Source: Candidatus Levyibacteriota bacterium (GTDB taxonomy: Bacteria; Patescibacteriota; Microgenomatia; Levybacterales; UBA12049). Taken from it: a stretch of DNA of 64,000 bases. A program made the position numbers and the translations under genes. The stretch is taken from assembly GCA_027459745.1 (NCBI GenBank), contig DAIDHL010000002.1, forward strand, positions 125,656 through 189,655, given 5' to 3'. The number at the start of each line of letters is the position of its first letter. The first letter of the stretch is position 1. Shown piece by piece: positions 1-9,067 of the stretch. The notes under the pieces are model-generated. The model did not search any database. It was not told the DNA's origin and saw only the letters and a program-made list of their open reading frames with translations.

Positions 1-799
1 TTTTAAATATTCGCACAGATTCTAGGCCAGCAACAATATCTGTGAAATTAACATAAGAAAGTTCTCGTCCAGTTAGGCGTTGTAGTTTAATCAATGGTGA
101 GTTAGTTCTGGGTTCAAAATATACTGTCGCAGATTGATGCGGGTTTTCACCATAGCGCAGATTAATAGTTTTTCTTCCTGCTAGTGTGATTTCGTTAGGG
201 AACTTATCAGTATTTAAATAGTTAGCAATTTGACTATCATAAAAAGATAAATGGGCAAAAGCCTTAGCTGCCAATTGTTGTCTAAAAGTAAGAGGAATAT
301 TTTTTGTTTTTAGTTTACTAACTGTTTGTTCATAGTCAACCGGGTTTGTGATGACCAGCACGTTCTTAAAGTTTTTAGCAGCAGCTCTAACCATGGCTGG
401 TCCACCGACATCAATATTTTCAACTGCTTCATTTAAGTTAACTTTCGGTTTAGCAACAGTTTGTTCGAAAGGGTAGAGGTTGCATACGACTAAGTCGATA
501 GGCTTTATATTTAACGCGCTAGCTTCTTTAACATGTTTTTTATTAGTACGATCAAATAAGATTCCACTCTCAACCTGAAAGCTAATGGTCTTCATACGAC
601 CATCGAAACTTTCGGGGTTACCTGTAATTTCTTGAATTGGTATGATTTTTATTCCTGCTTCGGTTAATGTTTTGGCAGTACCACCGGTAGAGATGATTTG
701 AAAGCCTAATTGAGAGATTTGTTGGGCAAATTCAACGATACCAGTTTTATCAAACACACTGAGCAGGGCATAATAGGAAGGTTTTTTGCCTGTTGGCAT
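1..799 (-). CDS. purH: bifunctional AICAR transformylase / IMP cyclohydrolase PurH, 5' (N-terminal) portion; gene continues past window start
   Basis: Minus-strand translation from the ATG at 797-799 reads MPTGKKPSYYALLSVFDKTGIVEFAQQISQLGF... (MGS-like IMP cyclohydrolase domain) followed by an AICARFT-like region (LRYGENPHQ). There is no stop before position 1. It is absent from the ORF track because it is incomplete. Confidence 0.8.
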   Translation of the reverse strand, partial: MPTGKKPSYYALLSVFDKTGIVEFAQQISQLGFQIISTGGTAKTLTEAGIKIIPIQEITGNPESFDGRMKTISFQVESGILFDRTNKKHVKEASALNIKPIDLVVCNLYPFEQTVAKPKVNLNEAVENIDVGGPAMVRAAAKNFKNVLVITNPVDYEQTVSKLKTKNIPLTFRQQLAAKAFAHLSFYDSQIANYLNTDKFPNEITLAGRKTINLRYGENPHQSATVYFEPRTNSPLIKLQRLTGRELSYVNFTDIVAGLESVRIFK

Positions 800-843
800 A
801 AGCTATCTCTTTATAATTAACACACGAATGAAAGTCAAGAAGT

Positions 844-1734
844 TTATTGACTTTTATATCTATTAGCTTGTTCCTGGACAAGTATATTCAAATGATCATG
901 TAAAGTATGGTAATTATAAGTTATACCGGTATCTAATTTTATTTCCTCAGCTGCTTGTTCTAATTTCTTTTGTACTCCATCTCCACCTGACCAAGCGCTA
1001 ATATAAGCAGTAAGAACCTTTTGATCAAGTGTTGTGAGAGATGGATCGTTACGCACATCTGTAAAAAATTTATACATAAATTTTGCTTCAAAAGGAGACC
1101 AGGTTCCCAAGCTTCTGGGTGATAAATTATCGCCTAATAGCTTATAGAACATTTCAACCGTTGGGGTTTTACACCATTCAGCTGCTATTTTTCTATAAGC
1201 GTCTGGCTTGGTACCACGTAAGCTCAGAGAAAAAGTTGCTAAATATTGCTTAACAGATGATTCAAAACTACGTTGTACATTCGTAGAAATTGTGTGTTCT
1301 CTTCCAGCATAGATAAGTTCGACTCGCATTGATCTACGGAGACGATCTATACTATCGGCATCCATGTCTATATGTCGAGCTATTTGTTGAGTAAATCCTA
1401 AAGACACAAAACGCGAGGGGATCATCGCTTGGGGTTGTCTCACGAGTAGGCCTGTGGCAGCTATATTCCAAAATAAATTATTCTTTAATCTGGATGAGGG
1501 AGTTGGCTGTTCTTTTTGTCTAGCTGTAGACATTAAACGTTTGCCAAGTAAATATCCAGTTGGTTCGGGATTATTTCTCATTAGAGCAATGGTGTCTTCA
1601 TGGATTCTCAAACCAGCCTTAGATAAAGCTTCTTGGACGGGAGATAGTGACGTACCCGGATTTCCAAGTTGGCTCCGAACAATATCACCTAAAGCTGTTC
1701 TTAAATCATTGTCTTTATAGATCATAAACGACAA
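844..1734 (-). CDS. hypothetical protein (296 aa), no recognisable family
   Basis: Long ORF in the track. No motif I can assign. Divergent from the ser operon. Confidence 0.55.
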   Translation of the reverse strand: MSFMIYKDNDLRTALGDIVRSQLGNPGTSLSPVQEALSKAGLRIHEDTIALMRNNPEPTGYLLGKRLMSTARQKEQPTPSSRLKNNLFWNIAATGLLVRQPQAMIPSRFVSLGFTQQIARHIDMDADSIDRLRRSMRVELIYAGREHTISTNVQRSFESSVKQYLATFSLSLRGTKPDAYRKIAAEWCKTPTVEMFYKLLGDNLSPRSLGTWSPFEAKFMYKFFTDVRNDPSLTTLDQKVLTAYISAWSGGDGVQKKLEQAAEEIKLDTGITYNYHTLHDHLNILVQEQANRYKSQ

Positions 1735-1780
1735 TTATATGAATTTATGGCTGGTAACGCAAATATTATTAGGTTGTCCA

Positions 1781-1809
1781 TTGACATAAGAGAAGATTTG
1801 ATCTAAATT
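1781..1809 (+). promoter_or_regulatory. sigma70-like promoter (TTGACA - 17 nt - TAAATT) driving a leader transcript upstream of serB
   Basis: TTGACA at 1781-1786, a 17-nt spacer, and TAAATT at 1804-1809. Confidence 0.4.
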
Positions 1810-1835
1810 ACAGTTATGCTAAGGAGTAACTTATA

Positions 1836-1919
1836 ATGAATAGTCGTGTAATTGTTACAAATAATTTTTCGCCATCCTCTTGTTCCAGTGGAATTAAGGG
1901 GAGCGTTTTTGTGGTGTAA
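1836..1919 (+). CDS. candidate 27-aa Ser-rich leader peptide (MNSRVIVTNNFSPSSCSSGIKGSVFVV)
   Basis: Consensus SD AAGGAG at 1821-1826, 9 nt before the ATG at 1836. Seven of 27 codons are Ser, using both AGY and UCN codons, clustered as SPSSCSS. Stop TAA at 1917-1919. It lies between the promoter and an intrinsic terminator that abuts the serB start. Confidence 0.4.
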   Translation: MNSRVIVTNNFSPSSCSSGIKGSVFVV

Positions 1920-1945
1920 TATAGTTTATATAGAAGACAAAAATT

Positions 1946-1968
1946 GATCCCCGCAAGGGGATTTTTTA
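1946..1968 (+). terminator. intrinsic terminator / attenuator hairpin (GATCCCC-GCAA-GGGGAT followed by TTTTTT) 12 nt upstream of the serB ATG
   Basis: Perfect 6-7 bp GC-rich stem with a GCAA loop followed by a T6 run on the + strand. There is no upstream + strand protein gene for it to terminate. Confidence 0.5.
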
Positions 1969-1980
1969 ATGGATTAAAAT

Positions 1981-2640
1981 ATGGAAAATAAATATTTAAT
2001 TATTGATTTTGATAGTACATTTGTACAAGTAGAAGCTCTCGATGAGTTGGCAAAAATTGTACTTAAAAACCATCCGAAACAAAATGAACTCGTCAAACAA
2101 ATAGAACAAATTACTAATTTAGGAATGGAAGGTAAATTATCGTTTGCGGAATCATTAAAAAGACGGTTGGATTTGTTTCAACCAAGTGAAGAGCAAATAG
2201 ATAATTTGATTGAATTATTAAATACAAAGATTAGTAAATCTATTTTAGCAAATAGAAATTTTTTTCAACAATATAAACAGCAAATTTATATAATTTCGGG
2301 TGGATTCCAGGAATATATTTACCCGGTGGTAAAAGAATCTGGGTTGGCGATGAGTCATATACTAGCCAATCAGTTCTTATTTGACCAGAATGGCAATTAT
2401 CTGAGTTATGACAAAACCAAACCTTTAAGTCAAACAGGAGGGAAAATCATAGCAGTCAAACAATTGAGATTACCTGGAGAAGTTATCGTGATTGGTGATG
2501 GATATACAGATTACGAAATAAAGCAGGCTGGACTGGCTAAGACTTTTTATGCGTTTACCGAAAATATTTCACGCGAAAAAGTGAAAAAATTAGCTGATAA
2601 AGTCATGGCATCCTTTGATGAGGTTATAAGCAATATATGA
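1981..2640 (+). CDS. serB: phosphoserine phosphatase (HAD family)
   Basis: N-terminal DxDST motif (IIDFDSTF) and a C-terminal GDGxxD (VIGDGYTD) HAD signature. Overlaps serA by ATGA. Confidence 0.75.
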   Translation: MENKYLIIDFDSTFVQVEALDELAKIVLKNHPKQNELVKQIEQITNLGMEGKLSFAESLKRRLDLFQPSEEQIDNLIELLNTKISKSILANRNFFQQYKQQIYIISGGFQEYIYPVVKESGLAMSHILANQFLFDQNGNYLSYDKTKPLSQTGGKIIAVKQLRLPGEVIVIGDGYTDYEIKQAGLAKTFYAFTENISREKVKKLADKVMASFDEVISNI

Positions 2641-3599
2641 AACAAAATAAAGTTTTATTACTAGAAAATATTCATATAGTGGCAAAAGAATTGTTTGAAA
2701 ATAATAATTTTGTGGTGGAGCATCTGAAACATGCATTATCTGAGGAAGATTTGATAAGCAAATTAGACGGTGTAAGTATTCTGGGTATTCGTTCCAAAAC
2801 CCAAATTACTTCTAGAGTTCTAAAACAAGCTAACAAGTTAAAAATGATTGGGGCATATTGTATTGGGACCAATAATATCGATTTACAAACTTGTTTAGAT
2901 AAAAAAATTAATGTGCAGAATGCACCCTTTCAAAGTACACGAAGTGTTGCCGAATTAATAATCGGCGAAATTATTATGTTAGCAAGGAGAGTATTCGATA
3001 AAAGTAATTGTTTACATCAGGGGAGTTGGCTGAAAAGTGCTAAGGATAGTTTCGAGATCAGAGGGAAGAAATTGGGGATTATTGGTTATGGTCAGATTGG
3101 CACTCAATTGGGAGTCTTGGCTGAAGCGCTTGGGATGGAAGTTTATTATTACGATATGGTGAAAAAACTTACATTTGGTAATGCAAAAGCAGTGAATTCG
3201 TTAGAAGACTTACTAAAATTAGCAGATATTATTTCCATCCATGTAGATGGACGTAAAGAAAATCATGGTTTAATTGGAGAAAAAGAATTTGCTCAAATGA
3301 AAGACGGAGTATTATTTCTCAACGCTAGCCGGGGATTTATAGTCGAGATTGAAGCATTAGCCCAAGCTATTAAAATTGGCAAAGTAAGAGGTGCAGCAGT
3401 AGATGTCTTCCCCCAAGAGCCACATGCTAACGGAGATAAGTTTATTACGCCTTTACAGAGTTTATCCAACGTTATTTTAACTCCGCATATTGGAGCTGCC
3501 ACACTGGAGGCTCAAGAGCAAATCGGTCAATTTGTGACAGAGAAGGCGATTGAATATATGAATTTAGCTAAGTTATCCGTCATTGCGAGCATCGATTAG
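2637..3599 (+). CDS. serA: D-3-phosphoglycerate dehydrogenase (D-isomer 2-hydroxyacid dehydrogenase family)
   Basis: Rossmann motif GIIGYGQIGTQLG and the catalytic region of 2-hydroxyacid dehydrogenases. Translationally coupled to serB. Confidence 0.8.
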   Translation: MKQNKVLLLENIHIVAKELFENNNFVVEHLKHALSEEDLISKLDGVSILGIRSKTQITSRVLKQANKLKMIGAYCIGTNNIDLQTCLDKKINVQNAPFQSTRSVAELIIGEIIMLARRVFDKSNCLHQGSWLKSAKDSFEIRGKKLGIIGYGQIGTQLGVLAEALGMEVYYYDMVKKLTFGNAKAVNSLEDLLKLADIISIHVDGRKENHGLIGEKEFAQMKDGVLFLNASRGFIVEIEALAQAIKIGKVRGAAVDVFPQEPHANGDKFITPLQSLSNVILTPHIGAATLEAQEQIGQFVTEKAIEYMNLAKLSVIASID

Positions 3600-3674
3600 A
3601 TCGGTGCGTGGCAATCTGTTTTTGACAAGATTGCTTCGTCGTCCTTCGACAAGCTCAGGATTCCTCGCAATGAC
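3579..3674. repeat. small GC-rich structured element with perfect 11-bp terminal inverted repeats (GTCATTGCGAG ... CTCGCAATGAC), copy A
   Basis: IR arms at 3579-3589 and 3664-3674 flank 74 bp rich in CGAC/GACAAG repeats. The left arm overlaps the last codons of serA. Related motifs occur at 12588 and 30431. Confidence 0.45.
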
Positions 3675-3686
3675 AATTCAATAAAA

Positions 3687-4766
3687 ATGAAAAAAACATT
3701 TTTTACACCAGGACCGTCTCAACTTTATTCAACTGTTCCTCAGCATATGAAAACTGCACTTAAAGAGGATATTCTATCGATGACACATCGGGGTAAAAAG
3801 TTTCATGAGATATTAGAACAGTTACAAAATAACTTACGTGAGTTATTGCAAATACCAAAAGATTATCAAATATTTTTTGTGTCTTCGGGTACTGAAGCGA
3901 TGGAAGTAACGATTAGAAATTGTGTTATGCAGAACAGCTCACATCTTATTAATGGTGCCTTCTCTAAACGTTTTTGGGAAATTTCACAGCAGTTAGGTAA
4001 AAATGCTAAAGCAGAAATTATAGAAGCCAACGGCACCATTAATCCTTTAGAGCTGGAAGATAATAGTGAATTAATTTGTCTTACACATAATGAAACAAGT
4101 ACAGGGGCACAACTTCCTTTAGAATTTATTTACGATCTAAAAAAGAATAATCCTGATGTGTTGCTGGCGGTTGATACAGTCTCATCGATGCCTTATGTTG
4201 ATTTAGATTTTCGCTTAGTGGATATAGTTTTTTTCTCAGTACAAAAATGTTTTGGTTTGCCATCTGGATTGGGAGTAATAATAGTTAGCCCATCAGCCTT
4301 AGCGAAAAGCAAATATTTAGCAGAAAATAATTATGACGTGGGTGCTTCGCATAGTTTTGTTTCGTTACTAAAATCAGCAGAAAAATTTGAAACTGTAGAA
4401 ACGCCTAATGTTTTGGATTTATATTTGTTAGATAAAGTTACCCAAGATTTTCTTGATAGAGGAATTAAATTATTACGTAAAGCTACAGAAGAGAAAGCAA
4501 GAATTTTATATGATTTTTTTGCTAAGCAATCAGGTTTTAACGTTTTTATTAACCATAAAAATTACCGTTCACAAACAGTCATTGTAGTCGACGTCGAGGA
4601 TGAAAATTGGTCAGAAATAAGACAAATTGAATTAGAAAATAACTTAGTTATAGGTAGAGGATATGGCCAGTATAAAGATAAACAATTACGCATTGCCAAT
4701 TTTTTTGCTCACTCGGTTAGAGACGTAGAGAGATTGACATCTTTTTTAAGAGTTAGAAATTATTAA
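3687..4766 (+). CDS. serC: phosphoserine aminotransferase (class V aminotransferase)
   Basis: N-terminal FTPGPS motif typical of SerC. Its size and operon context with serB and serA support the call. Confidence 0.65.
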   Translation: MKKTFFTPGPSQLYSTVPQHMKTALKEDILSMTHRGKKFHEILEQLQNNLRELLQIPKDYQIFFVSSGTEAMEVTIRNCVMQNSSHLINGAFSKRFWEISQQLGKNAKAEIIEANGTINPLELEDNSELICLTHNETSTGAQLPLEFIYDLKKNNPDVLLAVDTVSSMPYVDLDFRLVDIVFFSVQKCFGLPSGLGVIIVSPSALAKSKYLAENNYDVGASHSFVSLLKSAEKFETVETPNVLDLYLLDKVTQDFLDRGIKLLRKATEEKARILYDFFAKQSGFNVFINHKNYRSQTVIVVDVEDENWSEIRQIELENNLVIGRGYGQYKDKQLRIANFFAHSVRDVERLTSFLRVRNY

Positions 4767-4803
4767 TTTAAGATTAATAATTGTATATTTTATATTTAAT
4801 ATA

Positions 4804-4832
4804 TTGACAATTAATATTAATGAGAATATATT
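4804..4832 (+). promoter_or_regulatory. promoter TTGACA - 17 nt - TATATT for the glutamine synthetase gene
   Basis: TTGACA at 4804-4809 and TATATT at 4827-4832. The ORF-track start at 4804 is the TTG of this -35 box, so the true start is probably the ATG at 4846. Confidence 0.4.
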
Positions 4833-4845
4833 GAATATATTCTTT

Positions 4846-6276
4846 ATGGATAGTACATCTAAGTTAAAAAACTTTTTAGAAATTCCCTACGACGAACTTG
4901 AAGAACTCAATTTAAAAGCTAAATCCAATAGTTTAGATCCGCAAAAAACCATCGCAGAGAGAAGAGCGTATTTAGAAAAAGAGAAAAGAATTAAAGCCAT
5001 TACACTTTGTTTTACAGATATTGAAGGTCGATTCCATATGCTGGATTACGATAAAAAATTCCTGCTTGCTTCTAGTGATAATTTAACTTTTGATGGATCT
5101 TCCATTCGTGGCTTCACCGTTCAGAGCGAATCAGATTTGCGTCTAAGTATTGATTGGAGCAGTTTCACTTGGTTGCCCTCAGATATTTTTGGTCCAGGTA
5201 AAGTGATTATGTTTGCCAATATCATGACACGTGATCGTAAACAATATGCTTCCGATTTTCGTGGTTTATTACAAGAATACATCCAGAAACTATTGGAGAA
5301 AGAGGATCTGACGGCCAATGTTTCGGCTGAGATAGAAGGTTTTATTGTGGAAGGAACAAATGCCGAACAAGCCTTTGAGGAAAACAGAGGTTTTAGTTTG
5401 ATATCCACCGGTGGATATTTCCATTCTTTGCCGATGGATAAACTACGTCAATTTATCGATGCCAGTGCTGAAGCACAAAGAGCCATGGGTTTTCAAAATG
5501 AAAAGGATCACCCGGAAGTAGCGCCGTCTCAATTCGAAATGAATTTTTCTTACCGTAGCTCCATTGCCGCGTGTGATCAGATTCAGTTATACAAACTAAT
5601 TTGTCGACAAATTGCCAATAAAATGGGTATGACAGCTACTTTTCTGCCGAAACCAATTATGGGAATTAATGGCAGTGGTATGCATACTAACCTATCCTTG
5701 GCCAAAGGTAAAAAGAATATTTTCTATGACAAAGCGGGCAAAGAAAATCTATCTCCTATAGCTTGGGATTTTATCTCTCGTGTGTTAAATCATGCCCCGG
5801 AGTTATGTTTGATTCTGAATTCCAGTGTGAACGCTTACCGAAGATTGGATCCCCACTTTGAAGCTCCCAATCAAATTAAAGTTTCCCCAGTAGATCGTGG
5901 ATCAATGATCAGAATTCCGGTAGGCAATGAAAGATCAGCACGCATTGAAGTACGCTCAGTAGCTCCCGATGCCAATCCTTATTTACTTGTTTATTCTTTG
6001 CTGAAAGCTGGTTTAACTGGTAAGAAATTGCAAAGAGATGCTGATAAACGTGAAAGGCTACGATTCTTGCCTGGAACAATCAATGAAGCACTGAGATTCT
6101 TCAAGGGTAGTGATTTTATAACTGAAATTTTGGGCGAAGAAAACAAAGAGAAATTCAGTCATTTTAAACAATTAGTAGCCGACCGTAGTCCTAGAGAGCT
6201 GGGAACTAAGATTAAGAATTCAGAAATTATTTTTCATCACGAAGTGACCAATCAAGCCCTCTGGAATACTTTTTAA
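4846..6276 (+). CDS. glnA: glutamine synthetase (GlnA-like)
   Basis: Beta-grasp DGSS motif (FDGSSIRGF) and catalytic NGSGMHTNLS motif. Start moved to the first ATG (MDSTSKL) downstream of the promoter. Confidence 0.8.
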   Translation: MDSTSKLKNFLEIPYDELEELNLKAKSNSLDPQKTIAERRAYLEKEKRIKAITLCFTDIEGRFHMLDYDKKFLLASSDNLTFDGSSIRGFTVQSESDLRLSIDWSSFTWLPSDIFGPGKVIMFANIMTRDRKQYASDFRGLLQEYIQKLLEKEDLTANVSAEIEGFIVEGTNAEQAFEENRGFSLISTGGYFHSLPMDKLRQFIDASAEAQRAMGFQNEKDHPEVAPSQFEMNFSYRSSIAACDQIQLYKLICRQIANKMGMTATFLPKPIMGINGSGMHTNLSLAKGKKNIFYDKAGKENLSPIAWDFISRVLNHAPELCLILNSSVNAYRRLDPHFEAPNQIKVSPVDRGSMIRIPVGNERSARIEVRSVAPDANPYLLVYSLLKAGLTGKKLQRDADKRERLRFLPGTINEALRFFKGSDFITEILGEENKEKFSHFKQLVADRSPRELGTKIKNSEIIFHHEVTNQALWNTF

Positions 6277-6286
6277 GAAATAAGAA

Positions 6287-7189
6287 TTATTTTGTGGAGA
6301 GAATATAGATACCCATAAAGATTAGTAAGATAGAAATTATTTTAATACCTAAAGTCTTTCTAGAAAGATCTTCTTTAATAATATGAGGGAACCAAACTGA
6401 AAGTATTATTCCTTCAACTAGAACAAAAAACGGTTGTACATCCGTTACTACCGCAACTAAGGCGACTGGTGCCAGTAAAGAGGCATAGAGATAAACAAAG
6501 CCAGCCAACCTATCGAGGATTTCATCGAGAGACAAAAAAAGCCAAACATTCTTTTGAAAAGTACGAATTTCCAAGAAAAAACTACGTCTAAGTCTGGGTA
6601 CTAATAGAAGAATTATTGCTCCGAACATACCACCTAATTCTTGGTAGGCAAAAGAGAGCCAATAATCATTGGGAACATGGGCATATTTAAATAGAATAGA
6701 TATTCCTGAGGCAAGTAGGCAGGCAAGCATCATATACCAGAACGACTTCCTTTGTCTAAATATACCTTCGGGACTTTTTTCCAGACTCAGTAAAATACCT
6801 CCTGTTAAAATAAAAATAAAAGACAAGAGCTGGAATTGGCTCAATTGTTCATGTAATAAAAAATAAGAGAGAATAAGTACAAAAATTGATAGAAATTGAA
6901 AAAGTGGAATTACTCGCGATGCATCATCGAGTGCTAAGGCTTTAAAATAGGGAATTAAATAAAACAATCCTAAAATACCGGAAATTATAAGTATTAGGAT
7001 TTGAGTTATATTTAGCAATACAAAACCATGTATTAAAAAAATAAGCAAAGATATAAAAAAAGATAATATTCCTCCTAGAATAACCAGATTAAGTGGATTT
7101 TTGATTTTTTTGTCAATCAAGAATTTCTCTAAATAATTAGTAAAACTATAAAGAAGAGGAGCTATTAGGGACAACAATATCCAACTCAT
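6287..7189 (-). CDS. DMT/EamA-like multi-pass membrane transporter
   Basis: 300 aa, about 10 predicted TM helices, duplicated-half architecture. Confidence 0.45.
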   Translation of the reverse strand: MSWILLSLIAPLLYSFTNYLEKFLIDKKIKNPLNLVILGGILSFFISLLIFLIHGFVLLNITQILILIISGILGLFYLIPYFKALALDDASRVIPLFQFLSIFVLILSYFLLHEQLSQFQLLSFIFILTGGILLSLEKSPEGIFRQRKSFWYMMLACLLASGISILFKYAHVPNDYWLSFAYQELGGMFGAIILLLVPRLRRSFFLEIRTFQKNVWLFLSLDEILDRLAGFVYLYASLLAPVALVAVVTDVQPFFVLVEGIILSVWFPHIIKEDLSRKTLGIKIISILLIFMGIYILSTK

Positions 7190-7213
7190 GCTTAGATTAT
7201 AGCAGTTAGGTGG

Positions 7214-7780
7214 TTATTTTTTAAAAGCTTTGCCTGGGAGCCAGGGGGTACCAAGAAGAGGTAGCAAGGCTCGATCAATACCGATCCAGCCGGCTACTCT
7301 CCAAGCCAAAATTAACAACAACTCAAGTAAAAAAAGTAAGGGATTGATACTCACAGTGCCAGAAAATAGATAATTCATATTCATAAATGCGCCAAAAAAA
7401 GCAGCTACTCCCGTGAAAGCCCCTACCAGTAAACCTACTCCTACCAGTAATTCTCCATACGACACCACATAAGAAAAAATTGCTGTATTTGGCAAAATAA
7501 AACCATGAAGAAATCCACCATACCAGCCTGTCACATCAGGGTGGGCACCATTAGTTTTTTGTAGTGCGCCTTGTATAAAACCAGCTAGAGCAGCACCTGC
7601 TTTGTCACCTGTCCAGACATTGCTGGTGACTTTTTCATAACCTGCTTCTAGCCACTGCCAGCTTACGTAGAGGCGTATGATTAACCATATCCAGGCAAGT
7701 TTGGTATTGGCAAAAATAAATTTGGAAATTGGAGGTTCGGGAATGGTGCTGACAAATTCTTGGGCAGATTTCTTAGCCAT
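7214..7780 (-). CDS. DoxX-family membrane protein
   Basis: 4-TM topology and sequence pattern typical of DoxX/DoxD. Confidence 0.6.
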   Translation of the reverse strand: MAKKSAQEFVSTIPEPPISKFIFANTKLAWIWLIIRLYVSWQWLEAGYEKVTSNVWTGDKAGAALAGFIQGALQKTNGAHPDVTGWYGGFLHGFILPNTAIFSYVVSYGELLVGVGLLVGAFTGVAAFFGAFMNMNYLFSGTVSINPLLFLLELLLILAWRVAGWIGIDRALLPLLGTPWLPGKAFKK

Positions 7781-7861
7781 ATATCTAGCCTAACAGATTA
7801 AAATAAAAATACAAGATTACATTTTTGACCTTCAGATTAGCTGTGCTAGAATATATCCCCT

Positions 7862-8332
7862 ATGATAGTTGAAACGAAATTAGGCCAAATAGAACCAAGA
7901 AATAAGCTACCAGTAAACCCTGGGAATCAGGTTTTAATGCCAGTAGAGTTTTTACGTAGTCTTTTAACAGATATTAGTCGGACTCGAGTAACTGATCCTG
8001 TATGGATAGAAAATTATAACATTGGTACCGGACATGGACCAGGAAGGATATTGCAGGAAGCATTGATAGCTTCTACGTGGGGAGCCGATGTAAGATTGCA
8101 ACCGAATTGGGCTATGGATCTACCTCTTGAAGAAAGTTCTCACATAGATGATGACATTAACCAGGCCGTTTTGCGTAAATCGTTTGCTGACCTGGAGGAT
8201 GCGGGAGGCATTGTTATACGTAGAGATCTTCCTTTTGGCCGGTTCACTAGAAGGGTACCTTTTAAATACATGCAACATAATCACAGCAAAGTTATAGTTG
8301 CTGGAGAGGTGGGATATATAGGAGGAATTTAA
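7862..8332 (+). pseudogene. N-terminal half of a PLD-superfamily protein ending in a degenerate HKD-like motif; likely frameshifted relative to the next ORF
   Basis: Ends ...HNHSKVIVAGEVGYIGGI*, which resembles HxKx4Dx6GSxN with D replaced by G. The downstream ORF (frame +1) is open from 8322 and overlaps the end of this ORF. Confidence 0.4.
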
Positions 8333-8360
8333 TCTATATGATATTGAAGGTTATTCTGGT

Positions 8361-9017
8361 TTGCATGCAGTAGACTTTATGTTGCGTACGACTAATCAGG
8401 GTATAGTAAGAGCTTTGAAGAATCAAGTTATAAAAACAGAAAATACCACAACATTTGCTGATTATATTGAAAAATGTGATGAAAACAATTGGTTGCATGT
8501 GGATGGAGGTAGGGTGGGTAGATCTAATATTATGCGACAAGGAATGGAGTTAATAGGAGGGGCACAGGATTCTATACTTTTCTATACGCAATTTCCTCCT
8601 TCCCCCATCGTGTCTGAATTGTTACGTCAAAAAGCAAAACAAGGAGTAGATATACAGGTGGTAATGTCTCAACTCGAGGATAGTCATATAGCTGGGAATA
8701 AATTCTATAAAAATTTTTATAGGCATTTTATTAACAGAATAAGTGATTATGATAATGTTAAGGTAATTCATTATCCTCAGGGTAAAGTACATGCAAAGTT
8801 ACTTGCTGTAGATCATAAGGTGGCTCTTGCAGGTTCACACAACTTACATGAAAGTGGTGTAATTATGGGTACTAGAGAAGTAATGTTAAGAAGTAGGGAT
8901 AAAGAGATAGTGCAGTGTTTGTACGGTTGGTCAAATCAGGTATTAGAATCTATTTCAGACCAGGCAAAAACTGAAGATAGGTATGGGTTGCCTCGCTTAG
9001 TTTTTGGCAAAAAATAA
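8361..9017 (+). CDS. PLD-superfamily (HKD) domain protein, C-terminal half; canonical HKD motif
   Basis: HAKLLAVDHKVALAGSHNL matches HxKx4Dx6GSxN. Track start is a TTG; the frame is open upstream to 8322. Confidence 0.6.
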   Translation: MHAVDFMLRTTNQGIVRALKNQVIKTENTTTFADYIEKCDENNWLHVDGGRVGRSNIMRQGMELIGGAQDSILFYTQFPPSPIVSELLRQKAKQGVDIQVVMSQLEDSHIAGNKFYKNFYRHFINRISDYDNVKVIHYPQGKVHAKLLAVDHKVALAGSHNLHESGVIMGTREVMLRSRDKEIVQCLYGWSNQVLESISDQAKTEDRYGLPRLVFGKK

Positions 9018-9067
9018 ATTTTGCTATACTATAAGTAGCTACATCTCACTTAATTTATAAAGTACTT

